A DNA stretch of 64,000 nt, from NCBI RefSeq assembly GCF_902713615.1, contig NC_052156.1:114615120-114679119 (forward strand). The letters are read 5' to 3'. Under the pieces are notes generated by a model, which was given only the letters and a program-made list of their open reading frames with translations, was not told where the DNA came from and searched no databases. This document shows, in pieces, positions 12,968-24,656 of this stretch; within the stretch, counting starts at the first letter, position 1, and the number at the start of each line of letters is the position of its first letter. The position numbers and the translations under genes were made by a program. Origin of the DNA: Scyliorhinus canicula. Taxonomy: Eukaryota.

Positions 12968-13631
12968 GGGCTGGATTCTCCGATTTTGCGGCTAAGTGCC
13001 GACGGCGGCGTGGGAACTGTGACATTTTACAACGCTGAACCTTCATCAATTTCAAGACCGTGTGAGGGACTAGCAACCGCGCTGGGTAAAAGTCTCGGCT
13101 CCTGCGCCAAAAGCGGCCGGAAAATGGCCGGGTCCATGGCTGCGCATGCGCACGGCGATGACCTGCAGCCGTCGCCCCGTGCATCACGGCGCTGGCGATA
13201 CGTGTACCCGACCTGCCAAATACTGCTCCACAGGACAATCCCAGCCACCCCCAATCAGTCCACCCCCCCCCCCCCCAGCCATTGTGGAAGCCCCCCCCCC
13301 CCCCCGGCCACAGCATGGCTCCTAGTCGACTGTGGCGGCGCTGGACACAGTTCGCGGCCACCACAGGGCTTCCCGACCGCCAAACCACACATCGACTGTG
13401 CGGTCAGGAACTCCGCCCATCGGGGGCGGAGCATCGAGGAAGAGACTTCAGGTGACGCGCCAACACTGTTCCAACAGCGTGCGGCACGCAACGCGATGAC
13501 GCCATTTTGGAGGGGCCAGAGAATAGAAAACCGGCAGCAAACTGGCGTCGCCCACGATTTGGGCCTCGGAAGGGAATCTCCGCCCGGTCACCGATTACAA
13601 TATCGGCTTTGGGCAACGGAGAATCCTGCCA
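12968..13631. mobile_element. Harbinger-type MITE
   Basis: TIRs GGGCTGGATTCTCC / GGAGAATCCTGCCA; exact 3-bp TSD GTG. Confidence 0.85.
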
Positions 13632-13639
13632 GTGATCCT

Positions 13640-13945
13640 TGTGTCTGTGAACGACTGCGCAATTAGTTAGCTTCATAACTACAGATACTGGCCCACTTTG
13701 GTTTTGAATAAGTCCAGACATCCATTATTGGATACTGCCGAAATTCCTAACATAGAAACAGTCATCTGGATTGAAATGCCTCTCTTTATCATTGTGGTCA
13801 TGGCTTTCCTTCTTCCTTTCCCGTCTCCTTCCCTTTTTCTGGATTCAGCAGATCCAGGTGAGACTTTTGACTTCCCACCCATCGACATTTCAGCCGGTGA
13901 GAGTCCTGTTGTCATGTGTGGCACAATACGATACTGGAACAAGAA
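13640..13945 (-). pseudogene. Gypsy integrase C-terminal remnant
   Basis: FLFQYRIVPH.TTGLSPAE motif. Confidence 0.75.
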
Positions 13946-13954
13946 CCATGAGAG

Positions 13955-14790
13955 CATCTGGAGGGGGGGGGGAGGGGGGGGGGAGGGGGGGGGAGGGGGG
14001 GGTTGGACCAGAGAGGGGGAGTGGTCAGTCGGGAATTGTGGGGGGTCACACTGGAGGTGGGAGTGGTCAGTCCGGGGAGAGGGGGTGGTCTGGAGGGGTA
14101 TCAGACCCAGAGTCCGGGAGAAGGGACGTCAATGCGGGAGAGGAAGGGGTCTGACCAGAGGGGTGTTCAGTCCAGGAGGAGGGGGGTCGGTCATGGGAAG
14201 GGGAGGACAGTCTGGGAGAGGGAAGGGTCAATCTGGAAGTGAGGGGGGGGGGGGTGTCTGTCCGGGAGCAGGAGGGTCAGTTGAGGAGGTCGGGTGTCAT
14301 TCCGGGAGGAGGGTAGTCAGTTCTGGAGGGTGGAATTGCACCAGGCCGCATCGGGTCACACCAGGAGGGGGGGGTCATCAGGTCGTGTCAGGCTAGGGTG
14401 GGGTGTGTGGTTGGGTGGGTGGGAGGTAGGGATGGAGGCGGAGTGATGTGGTGAGGTGCGGTGGGTCCCCTGGAGGTCATGTGTGTTGGGGATGTCCTGT
14501 TTGAGGCTGGGTTTGGGTTTTTTTAATAGTTGCTCTGGAGGTAGAAGTGATTTTTTTCCTCTAATTCTTTCAGATTAACTATCAGGGTAAGACTGGCAGA
14601 GCAATCTGAAGCTAGTGATTTAAATCACTTCTATCGGATGGTTCGCAGCGCAACGCAATTGTCCAGAGGAAGGTAGTACTTCTGGGCAGTTTCCGGGTAA
14701 ACCCTTACATGGGAACGTCTGTGAGGGATTCCCCAGTGCATTATTGAGGTATCCTCTAAATTCGAGGCTGGAGAACCAGGAAGTTATAGA
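13955..14790. repeat. Dispersed repeat: G-rich degenerate tandem arm plus conserved AT-rich end
   Basis: 14520-14790 aligns with 37103-37378; shared perfect palindrome AGTGATTTAAATCACT. Confidence 0.7.
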
Positions 14791-15803
14791 GTCCTCCTCT
14801 AACAATAGCTGCAGGTAATCTTGACTCAAGTCAAGTTTTGTAAACATCTTTCTTCCTGCAAGGGTTGAAAACAGATCTTCTACCCTCAACGACGGGTAAA
14901 CGTCCACTTCAGAAACCTGATTAATGGTAAATTTGTAATTTCCACATATGTTCACAATATCATCACTTTTAAGAACTGGTACAATTGGAGCTGCCCAAAG
15001 TGAAAACTGAATGGGCTCAATGATTTCCAGCCCTTTGCAGCCGCTCCATGTCCTTCTCCAGTTTGCCTTTTGTGATGCAGGGAACTGTCTTGGCCTTGAA
15101 TAATAAAGAAGTAGCCTGAGAATCCACAAACAACCTAACCCGCAATGTATCCAGTTAGTCTTTGAAAACCGCAGGATATTTCTGAATAGTGACCTCTGTT
15201 ACTTTTGCACATTTATTCCACCCCAGTTCATAGAATCATAGAATTTACAGTGCAGAAGGAGGCCTTTTGGCCCATTGAGTCTACAGCAGCCTTTGGAAAG
15301 TGCACCCTACTTAAGGCCACGCCTCCATCCTGTCGCCGTATCCCAGGAATCCCACTTAACCTTCACATTAAGGGGCAATTTAGCATGGCCAACCAACCTA
15401 ACCGGCACATCTTTGGACTGTGGGAGGAAACCGGAGCACCCGGAGGAAACCCGGGGAGAAAGTGCAAACTCCACACAGACACCCGAAGCCGGAATTGAAC
15501 CCAGGTCCCTGGAGCTGTGAGGCAGCAGTGCTAACCACTGTGCCACCGTGCCACCAGAAGTTTCCTGAACCCGTCATGCCCGAGTAGTCTAGGAACATGC
15601 CCTTTTACAACCAGGAGCCGTGCTCTTGCTTCTTGGCTGTTGTCTGCAATGTTCACCTCTAATGCTCCAAGTAATGGTATAATCTCACTGGTGTACGCAC
15701 AAAGATTTATCCCTGCCAGACTAAGGGCTGGCACCTTCTTAGAGTACCAAATCTTCCTGCAGGTCTCCTCACTGATGACGGATGCACCTGCGTCCCCCTC
15801 CAT
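14790..15803 (-). pseudogene. Gypsy protease and reverse transcriptase remnant
   Basis: EGDAGASV (DTGA-like); WAAPIVPVLK..ICGNYK.TIN..YP...FTKLDLSQ.YLQ; split by a SINE. Confidence 0.85.
15228..15553 (-). mobile_element. HE1-type SINE type A
   Basis: Full head, core and tail with (TTCTATGA)n end; inserted in Gypsy pol. Confidence 0.9.
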
Positions 15804-15995
15804 CTTAATTTTCTGTCCACCAACCTGGGGTGGAATAAACTAAACAAAAGTAGCATAAATAGGCTCCGTGGGCATTTCACTCATATTAATCATATTGTTG
15901 GAGGGCACTTTTTCCTGCTCTGTGCTTTCCAGGTGATGCATAGCAGACTGCAGCTTCTTTGAATTTGAATTTCCCTGCCCAGCCTTTGACTTGAT

Positions 15996-16680
15996 CTATG
16001 CACTCTTGCACCTTTTCGCCAAATGTCCCTTTTTGTTGCAATTAGGAAAGATAGCATCCATAAATTTGCAATGATTTTCATAGTGTGTGCCTCCATACCT
16101 GAAACATTCAACTGCTTTAGCCATTTTATATGCTGGTTCTTTTCCAATTTTATATACTTTGGCCTTTTGAACATCTTTTGCATTGTTGGCCGCCATTTCC
16201 AAACCCTGAGAAATCTCTAGAGCCTTCTTGAAGGTCAGTGTGGCTTCTCCCAACTAGCGACACAGCACACTCTATTAATTCCACAAACTAATCTGTCCCG
16301 GAGCATGTCCTCTAATACAACCTGAAATTCACAATGCTTAGAGAGTTGATGCAATTCAGCCACGAAAGTAGCTACCGGCTGTCCTGTCTAACAAAAATGA
16401 CGAAGGAACTTAAAACGTTCAACGATCGCTGAGGGCTTAGGATGGTGGTGATTTTGAATGAGCGCAACTAACTCTGCAAAGGAAATGCCCCCCCACCGCC
16501 CCAGTTTTCATGCTGTTGCTAAATTCCTCATTAATTTGTAAATCTCTGCCCCACACACTTAATTGAGCACTGTTTAGCCTCACCTGCAATTCCATTCGCA
16601 AGGGGAAAGGGTCCTAACCTTTCCAGATATTCACTCCAGTCCTCGTACCTCTCCACAAACTCACTGATAGTCCCAAACAT
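15996..16680 (-). pseudogene. Gypsy gag remnant with zinc knuckles
   Basis: MFGTISEF..EDWSEYLERL N-terminus; CFRYGGTH..C and CNKKGHLAKRC; frameshifted. Confidence 0.8.
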
Positions 16681-17102
16681 AGCCGTGGTGGCCACCTGGT
16701 TTGTCATTCGTAAAATTACGAAACCCCACTGGTTAAAGCTCTCCACCGCCGTTCACATTGCAGACTAACTACTCACTGTACAGACTTTGTATCACCGTGC
16801 CACACCTCAAATTTTTTCTTGTCCTGTTTAATCCTCATCATTTAAAGATGTGGTAATTTGACCACAAAAAGATAGTCGAACACATGTGAAAGTTCAATAT
16901 TCTTTCTATAAAATATCGAAGTAACAGTGCAGCATGGATTCAGAAACTAGCAGCAGTTGTACACAATGCTACAAACGTTCCTCATGGAGAATACTGAAAC
17001 CCGTTCAAGCCTGTGCGACCAATAACGTCACTCATGCATGCTCACACTCGCTAAAGACATCCATACCTGTAAGGAAATAGGAAGATGCTTACCATAACAC
17101 AC

Positions 17103-17394
17103 ATCACCGTAGCACAGTGGTTAGCACTGTTGCTTCACAGCTCCAGGGTCCCAAGTTCAATTCCCGGCTTGGGTCACTGTCTGTGGAGTCTGCATGTTCT
17201 CCCTGTGTCTGCGTGGGTTTCCTCCCACAAGTCCCAAAGGACATGCAGTTAGGTAATTTGGACATTCTGAATTCTCCCTCAGTGTACGTGAACAGGCACC
17301 GGAATGTGGTGACTCGGGGCTTTTTACAGTAACTTTTCACAGTAACTTCATTGCAGTAACGCTACTTGTGACAATAAAGATTATTATTATTATT
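17103..17394 (+). mobile_element. HE1-head SINE with alternative (ATT)n tail (type C)
   Basis: HE1 head, then ATTCTGAATTCTCCCTC...GGAATGTGG.GACT.GGGGC...GACAATAAAGATTATTATT. Confidence 0.85.
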
Positions 17395-18530
17395 AAACAC
17401 AAACCATACACTAGAAACTCAAAAGCATGTACCAAAACATGTATTAGAAACTCAAAAACATATACCAAACTGTACACTAGAAAACTGAAAACCAAACACA
17501 AAACCGCATACAAACCTATGTACCAGAAACTCAAAAATATATACCAAACCATATTCAAAACTATATACGAGGAAACTCAAAAACAAATACAAAACATATA
17601 CTAGAAAACACAAAAACGTTTATCAAACCATATACTAGGAAACAAAAAGGAAACGTACTAGAAAACTCAAAAACATATAACAAACCACTAGCGGGATTCT
17701 CTGTCCCGCTGTGCCACATTTCTGCCTCAGCCCGCCGGCGGGATTCTCCGTTACGCCGGCTGGTCAATGGGGGTTTCCCATTGTGGGGCAGCCCCACGCC
17801 GTCAGGAAACCCCCGATCTGCTGGCAAAATGGAGCATCCCGACGACGGAGAATCTTGCTGCACATATCAGACCAGACTCCAGACTCAAAAACATATACCA
17901 AACTGTATACTGGAAAACACAAAAATGTATGAAATCACATACTAAAAAACTCAAAACAGATACCAAACCACATACCAAATCATATAATAGAAACTCAAAA
18001 ACATATACTCAACCAGATACTAGTAAATAAAATAAAAAACATGTACCAAACCATATACTAGAAATATAAAAAACATAAACCAACCGTACATTAGAAAGCT
18101 CAAAAACATATGTTAAACCAAATACTTGTAAACTCAAAACATATACCAAACCATATATCAGACCATATACTAGAAACTCAAAAATGTACACCTAACCATA
18201 TGCCAGAAAACTCAAAATCAGATACCAAACCACATACCCAATCATACACTAGAAACTCAAAAGCATTTACTAAACTATGAAATAGAAATATAAAAAACAT
18301 ATACCAAACCATATACTAGAAAACTCAAAAACATATCGCAACCCAGATACTAAAAAACTCAAAACCATATACCAAATCATACACTAGTAACTCAAAAACA
18401 TACACAAACCATATACTAGATAACTCAAAAACATATGCCAAACCATATTCCAAATCATATACAAGAAAAACAAATACCAAATCATATACTAGAAAACACA
18501 AAAAGGTATACCGAACCATATACAAGAAGT
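17395..18530 (+). repeat. Degenerate ~32-bp minisatellite, consensus near AAAACATATACCAAACCATATACTAGAAACTC
   Basis: Many imperfect A/C-rich units; interrupted by a MITE. Confidence 0.85.
17689..17860. mobile_element. Short Harbinger-type MITE
   Basis: GCGGGATTCTC...GGAGAATCTTGC ends; TSD CAC. Confidence 0.75.
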
Positions 18531-19729
18531 GTTTTTCAAACTTTTTTTCCAGTAACTCACTTTTACAAAATGGCCGACTCTCGCAACTCATGCCTCATTC
18601 ACAATAGATTCTCCAGAGTTACTTTCTAAAATGTCACATTCATTGTGGTACTTTTGCATTATTAAATGTAAATAATTGTAAATAAACATATAATTTTCTA
18701 TTTTTTGTTGTTTTGGAGATCGAGATAACTTGTAATAAAAATCTCTGCGCAGATCAGTATTCAAGACGTTTGATCGCAGACTCCTGGAGCTGGATTTTCC
18801 ATCGGCAGAATCCTCCCCTTCGCCGGCAGTGCAATCACGCCCACGAGTTTCCCAACAATGTGGGGGTGCCCACAATGGAAAATCCCATTGGCTGGCTGGT
18901 GGGACAGAGGTCCCCCCCCCCCATGTTGTTTGAAGGGGGAATGAGGGAATTCTGGGTAACACGCCTCGATTTTGGGATGATGGGAAAGGAAGGAGACTCA
19001 CCATTGATCGCAAAGTCAGTCTCACTGAGAGAGCGACTGATCTCAGCAAGTGAGCAGAGAGCTGCTCCCCATTTTAAATATACATCAAACCCCTTATGCA
19101 CATACATCACAACTTTTATCCATGTCAATCAGGTCTGTGTTTAGAGTAACAGAAATTCAACCAACACCGACAACGTTAATGGTAACAGAAATTCAAGGTT
19201 CATTGGCAATGGTACCAGTGGCAGACATTAAACATGCATCCGATTCAGAATGTTAACCCTAAAGTCGGTCTCTTTGTGTGATCATTGACTCCATGCTTCC
19301 TATGAGCTGCACTTGAACAGATACATTTTCCCCCTGACTGGGATGGATGGACTTCCGAAACCCACACCTGTCACCCCAGAGCCAAGTTCAGAATGGAGCA
19401 AACATAAATCAGCTTTGTAACAACGGACCAATTGAAAGACGGGAGATCCCCACTGAATACACAGGAATTACCTGCTAAATCTTGTATATGGAAGTCAGCT
19501 ATGAGTTGCTGACTGAGGTACTTGTGGAAACATATTCCGGCAAGCAGTCATTTGGTTCTGGTTGGTAGATGCGGACCAGGAAAAAAGGAGCACGAAGCAC
19601 TACTGGAAACTAACTCTATGCAGAAGGAGTATCTTCAGGAAAGAAATTTAAAAATAATTGAGTTTTTTCTTTTAAACTCTCCAGTTGTAGTGCAGGTGCT
19701 GACTCCCCTGGCTGATCTGCTACCGAAAC

Positions 19730-19884
19730 GGTTAGGTGGATTGGCCATGCTAAATTGCCCTTAGTGTCCAAAAAGGTTGGGTGGGGTTACAAGGATAGGG
19801 TGTGGGCTTGGGTGGGGTGCTCTTTCCAGGGGCCGATGCAGACTCGATGGGACGAGTGGCCTCCTTCTGCACTGTAAACTCTAT
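19730..19884 (+). mobile_element. HE1-type SINE 3' half (type A)
   Basis: GGTTAGGTGGATTGGCCATGCTAAATTGCCC...CCTTCTGCACTGTAAA. Confidence 0.8.
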
Positions 19885-20084
19885 TTTTAAAAGTTGTTGC
19901 GAGAGGCTGTGTCGGTGGCGGTGAATGTAACAGTGACCCAGGGAGGCAGAAAGTGCAGGGCACCGGCCTCTAAATCAGCCTCATGTGGCCATACACTGTA
20001 TGCAGCAAGAATTTACCCAGGGAGAAAACTGAAACAAAGGACTGGCGATCTTTGGAGATTCCTTGGAGATCTTTTGGCAACCCA

Positions 20085-20296
20085 TTTTTTAAAAATAAAT
20101 TTAGAGTACCCAATTCTTTTTTTCGAATTATGGCCAATTCAGCTGCCCTGCACACCTTTAAGTTTGTGGGGATGAGACCCACGCAGACACGATGAGAATG
20201 TGCAAACTCCAAATGGACAGTGACCTGGGGCCAGGATTGAACCCAGGCCCTCAGCGCCGTGAGGTAGCAGTGCTAATCACTGCGCCACCGTGCCGC
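20085..20296 (-). mobile_element. HE1-type SINE type B
   Basis: TTTAGAGTACCCAATT end plus tRNA head. Confidence 0.8.
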
Positions 20297-20646
20297 ACTT
20301 GGCGACATATATTACATCATCCCGTGACACCCACTTTGAAAAACACTACTAGAAAATTCCAAAACGTATCCATGTGGGACACATCATGGCCTGCACATCC
20401 AAGTTGAATTTTCAAAGGTTGGCCTCCATGTTGTTGAGTCCTGCACAATGAAGGACCTCATTATTTGTGATTTTATTCCTGCCAACAAATTCTCTTGATG
20501 GAACTCGGGTGTCCTTGATGGAAACGTTCTAGAACTTTGATGTGGCGCCTGTAGCAGATCCAGGATTCTGTGCCATACAGCAGGGTGGGAAGGAAAATGA
20601 CCTGATAGAGATGGACTTTATTCTTCAGCTTAAAGTCATAGATTAT

Positions 20647-21061
20647 CATAGAATTTACAGTGCAGAAGGAGACCATTTGGCCCATCGAGTCTGTACCGGC
20701 TCTTGGAAAGGGCACCCTACCCAAGTTCAACACCTCCACTCTATCCCCATAATCCAGTAACCCCACCCAACATTAAGAGCAATTTTGGACACTAAGGGCA
20801 ATTTATCATGGCCAATCCACCGGCGGAATGTGGCGACTAGGGGCTTTTCACAGTAACTTCATTGACGCCTACTCGTGACAATAAGCGATTTTCATTTCAT
20901 TTCTTAGGACTGTGGGAGGAAACCGGAGCACCCGGAGGAAACCCACGCACACACGGGGAGGATGTGCAGACTCCGCACAGACAGTGACCCAAGCCAGAAT
21001 CGAACCTGGGACCCTGAAGCTGTGAAGCAATTGTGCTATCCACAATGCTACCATGCTGCCC
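20647..21061 (-). mobile_element. HE1-type SINE type A containing an antisense type-D tail (20822-20903)
   Basis: Core interrupted by GGAATGTGGCGACTAGGGG...ATTTTCATTTCATTTC. Confidence 0.85.
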
Positions 21062-21259
21062 TTTGTTGTATCGCTTCCAGGTACGATCATGAAGTTGGCC
21101 ATTTTCAGAACTTGCTTTCTGGATGTATGCACTGATAGCTTCATCAATAATGGCATCCTTCGTAAGCAAACTACTAAGTTTTGAGAAGTTCAAAAAACGG
21201 TCGTGTCAGTTGCTTCACAGTGTATGCCTGGTGCTGGCTAAAACATAAACCTTGGTCTT

Positions 21260-21435
21260 GGAGTCAAAATCCTGGAATTTCCTCCCTCACAGCACTATGG
21301 GTGTACCTACACCTCAGGGACTGCAGCAGCTCAAGGGGCAGCTCACCACCACCTTCTGAAGGGAAACTAGGGATGGGCAATAAATGCTGGTCTAGCCAGC
21401 GATGCCCACATACCGTGAATGAATTGAACAAAAAA
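21260..21435 (+). mobile_element. LINE/SINE 3' end, probably the same family as 32600-33405
   Basis: CCTGGAATT.CCTCCCT..CAGCACT...GGGATGGGCAATAAATGCTGG...GTGAATGAAT. Confidence 0.6.
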
Positions 21436-21939
21436 CATTGATTTGGAAGGCAATGTTTTTGGTAGCGTTCAAGAGGTAGTTTGCCATGGTCTGGATATTG
21501 TCCTGGTCATGGACAGCTGGGTTGCAATCATCTACGTACACAAGCTTTCTGATTACTCACTTTGTGACTTTGGTGGAGCCACACAGTCTGGAGAGATTGG
21601 AGAGACTCTCTGAATGGAACCTGAAATTGGTGCTTGCAAGCATTTCTCTGGTGGTTTCCTTAAGCATTGGAGAAAAGAGGAAATTGAAGAGTTCAGGAGC
21701 TCTGATGCATACTTTCCTTTAGCCGCTGGCTAAAGCAAAGGCATCAACATCTGACCAGAGGTGTGACCATATCCAACCATGCCATTGTGAGGTAGATGCA
21801 GGATTTTGATCTATTTGCCCAGACATCCTAGCTTGGAGAGCAAGTGTCATTGACCAGTTCAACTCACATGGTCAAAAACCTCAGTTAGGTCGATGAACAG
21901 CTGATATAGACCATGGGTGTTGCTCTCTGCTCCTTGTTA

Positions 21940-22158
21940 AAACTAAATTTAGAGTACCCAATTCTTTATTTTCCAATTGAGCAGCAATTTAGCATGGCCA
22001 ATCTACCTGCCCTGCACATTTTTGGGTTGTGGAAATGAGACTCACGCAGACACGGGGAGAATGTGCAAACTCCACACGGACAGCGACAAGGGGCCGGGAT
22101 CGAACTCGGGTTCTCGGCACCGTGAGGCAGCAGTGCTAACCACTGCACCACCATGCCA
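21940..22158 (-). mobile_element. HE1-type SINE type B
   Basis: Same structure as the other type-B copies. Confidence 0.85.
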
Positions 22159-22668
22159 CCCTTTTCTGCACTTTCCTTATTGTAGCCTTGCTGCAAACAC
22201 CAAATCAGTTGTCCCATGGTTGACCCTAAAAACTACAGTGCGATTCTGAGAGGACACCATCTGCAAGGCTGTCTTATAGTTGGTTTAATTGGATCTTTGT
22301 AAGGATTTTTCCTGTGATTCCTTGGTAGTTCCATATATATTTTGGGGTCCTTTCAGCTTCCACATACTGACTATGTCGGCATCCTTAAAGCCCTGTGGGA
22401 TTTTTACGCAATCCCAGATTATCTTGAAGACAGCTGTCAGTTTATTAATGATCTCTGTACTGTTACACTTCCAAATACCTCCTGCAATGTCATCTGAGTC
22501 AGGGGCCTTGCCTTGTTTGGTTGATTTGATTGTTATTGTCACCGGTTCAGTGGAGGGAAGTTTTCTTTTGCAGGCGATTGACTGATTCAATGCAAAGTAT
22601 CTGCTGAGATGTTGGAGACTCTGCTGAAGAGCTTGGCCAAGTGCTCATAACACCTTTCCATTACACTG

Positions 22669-23967
22669 TGTCGTGAAAATGTGCTTCATGTAATGATTTT
22701 TAATCCACCAGTTGAAACTCGGATTGAACATTTAAAAGCAGAGACTTTTTAAACACAGACTAAATGTGACCTGAGCTCATAGCCAAGGTTGGCTACCCAA
22801 ATTTGGAATACTGTGCATTCTAAGTTCCAATCCGTTAGAATTTGCATGTCTGCAAAGCCCACCGCATGACCTCAGGGAATGTGTTGTGCCCATACCTCCT
22901 GTCCCATTAGCAATGATTGAAGGCAACAACCTGAGGTATTCAACTATTGGAGATGGACCGTTAAGGCTGATGACTTGGACATTAGGACATTGTCTAGGTG
23001 AGCTAAACAGACATTATATAATCAAGTGACCTTTGGAATACACTGGTAATTACCTAATTGGATCCCATGGGCAGTTGGAAAGAGATCATGTGACAAACCA
23101 GCCCCTTGCATGCTTAAGGACTTTTTTCTCTACAGTACTGAGGTCAAGCTGTTGAGATGCTAAGGGAGAAGAGCCAAGTGGGGCCCTTCCTGCCTCCCTC
23201 TCTCTCCAACCCACCTTGCAAGCTATGAACCAAGTTTTCTGACCATGAACACCCAGGGACACTCCTGTTGCAGACAGAGACTTCTTAAATACTTTAACCC
23301 AGCACTTTCATTACCAGAAGAACAAGCAAATCAACCATCTACACCTTTAAATCAGAGACATTGGGACCACTGAAGGAAAGTTGCGAGACCACTGAATTCA
23401 GCCTGAAGGTAGCCAAGTCACCTTTTACTGTTTATGAACTAGAATTTGACAAAGCTATCCTTTACCATTCTGTGATCTATATATTTTAAAAATCTTTATT
23501 AGTGTCACAAGTAGGCTTAACACTGCAATAAGGTTAGAGTGAAAAATCCCTATTCGCAACATTCTGGCAAGTGTTCAGGTTCACTGAGGGAGAATTCAGA
23601 AGGTACAATTTGTCTAACAAGCACATCATTTGGGACTTGTGTGACGAAACCGGAGCACCTGGAGGAAACCCACGCACATGGGGAGAACGTGCAGACTCCG
23701 CATAGACAGTGACCCAAGCCGGGTCCCTGGTGCTGTGAAGCAACAGTGCTAACCACTGTGCTACAGTGTGTGTACGGAACTTTGAGCGTCTCAGTTCAAT
23801 TACAATAAAGCAAACCTCTTTCTTTGTTAATCTCATGAAAACCTGCTCGATCCATTTTTTTATGATCACAGTGCATATACCCTTCCCAAACAGAAAAACC
23901 TGCTGTGGCCAAATGAGGAGAGAGAAAAGAGGGGCGCCTCTTTTCTCCCCCTCACTTGGTCAAATCA
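22669..23967 (+). mobile_element. Probable long solo LTR split by a SINE
   Basis: TGTCGTG start, CA end, AATAAA near 23804; flanks ACTG/AGTG (one mismatch). Confidence 0.5.
23490..23764 (-). mobile_element. SINE type C
   Basis: Reverse complement of the type-C tail plus HE1 head. Confidence 0.8.
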
Positions 23968-24030
23968 AGTGACCAGTTCATTTCCATCAATTGTTCGAGT
24001 AGGAGCAATATACAGTCTTCAGAAGGTCAA

Positions 24031-24653
24031 GGTCTGATTCTCCGATTTTGTGGCTTTGTCCGGAGGAAGCATCTGGTTTTATGATCAAAATGTCGTGCCG
24101 CCCCCGCACCCTTGCGCCATCTGGTGGAAGGCTAGCAGCCGCTCCACATAAAGCCCCCAGTTTTACCTGCAGGTATGGATGGAGAATGACTGGGTCCGTG
24201 GCCGCGCATGCGCACGGCGGCGACCTGCGGTGACCACACCGTACAGCATGGCGCCAGCCACGTGCAGACTCAGCCTGCCAGATAGTGCCCCTCTGTAACT
24301 CCCATAGCCACCTCCGGACCACCCCACCACCGGTCCCCCAGCCCCCGCTGAATCCCCCCCGCCATAGGAATGGCTCCGCCAAACACAGTCCGCAGCTGCC
24401 ACGCGATGTCCACCGAAAATTGAGAGGACTCGTGACCGACGCCGTCAGGAAGTCGGCACATCAGAGGGGGTTAAGCATCAGCTGAGGGCCTCAGGTGACG
24501 TCCTGAGGCCGTCCCAACGGAGTGCAGCGCACGCACCATTTCTGAGGGGGAAGAGCATCTGAAAACACGTCGTCCCCGATTTCGGTGTATAAAAGGATTC
24601 TCCGGCCAATTGCCGACCTCGATTTCGGGGTCAGCATTCGGGGAATCCCACCC
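24031..24653. mobile_element. Harbinger-type MITE
   Basis: GGTCTGATTCTCC...GGGGAATCCCACCC; flanked by CAA; related to 12968-13631. Confidence 0.75.
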
Positions 24654-24656
24654 CAA

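Larger units (their letters stand above)
12207..17099 (-). mobile_element. Decayed Ty3/Gypsy LTR retrotransposon with both LTRs
   Basis: Direct repeats 12207-12367 and 16849-17099 (TG..CA; shared GGATTCAGAAACTAGCAGCAGTT and AAATAGGAAGATGCTTAC); PPT-like tract near 12380; gag-PR-RT-IN order. Confidence 0.9.
20330..22650 (-). mobile_element. Decayed RTE-clade LINE, multiply interrupted
   Basis: GKAP.SD.I, FKDADIV, and KVHLYQVIFLPTLLYGTESW..YRRHIKVLERFHQ motifs. Confidence 0.75.

Noticed and set aside
12959-14396. Long ORFs of 235 aa and 232 aa
   Set aside because: They arise from GC-rich MITE and G-rich repeat sequence that is poor in stop codons; no domain motifs.
17395-18530. CRISPR-like array
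   Set aside because: Units are degenerate and contiguous with no unique spacers; eukaryotic context; no cas genes.
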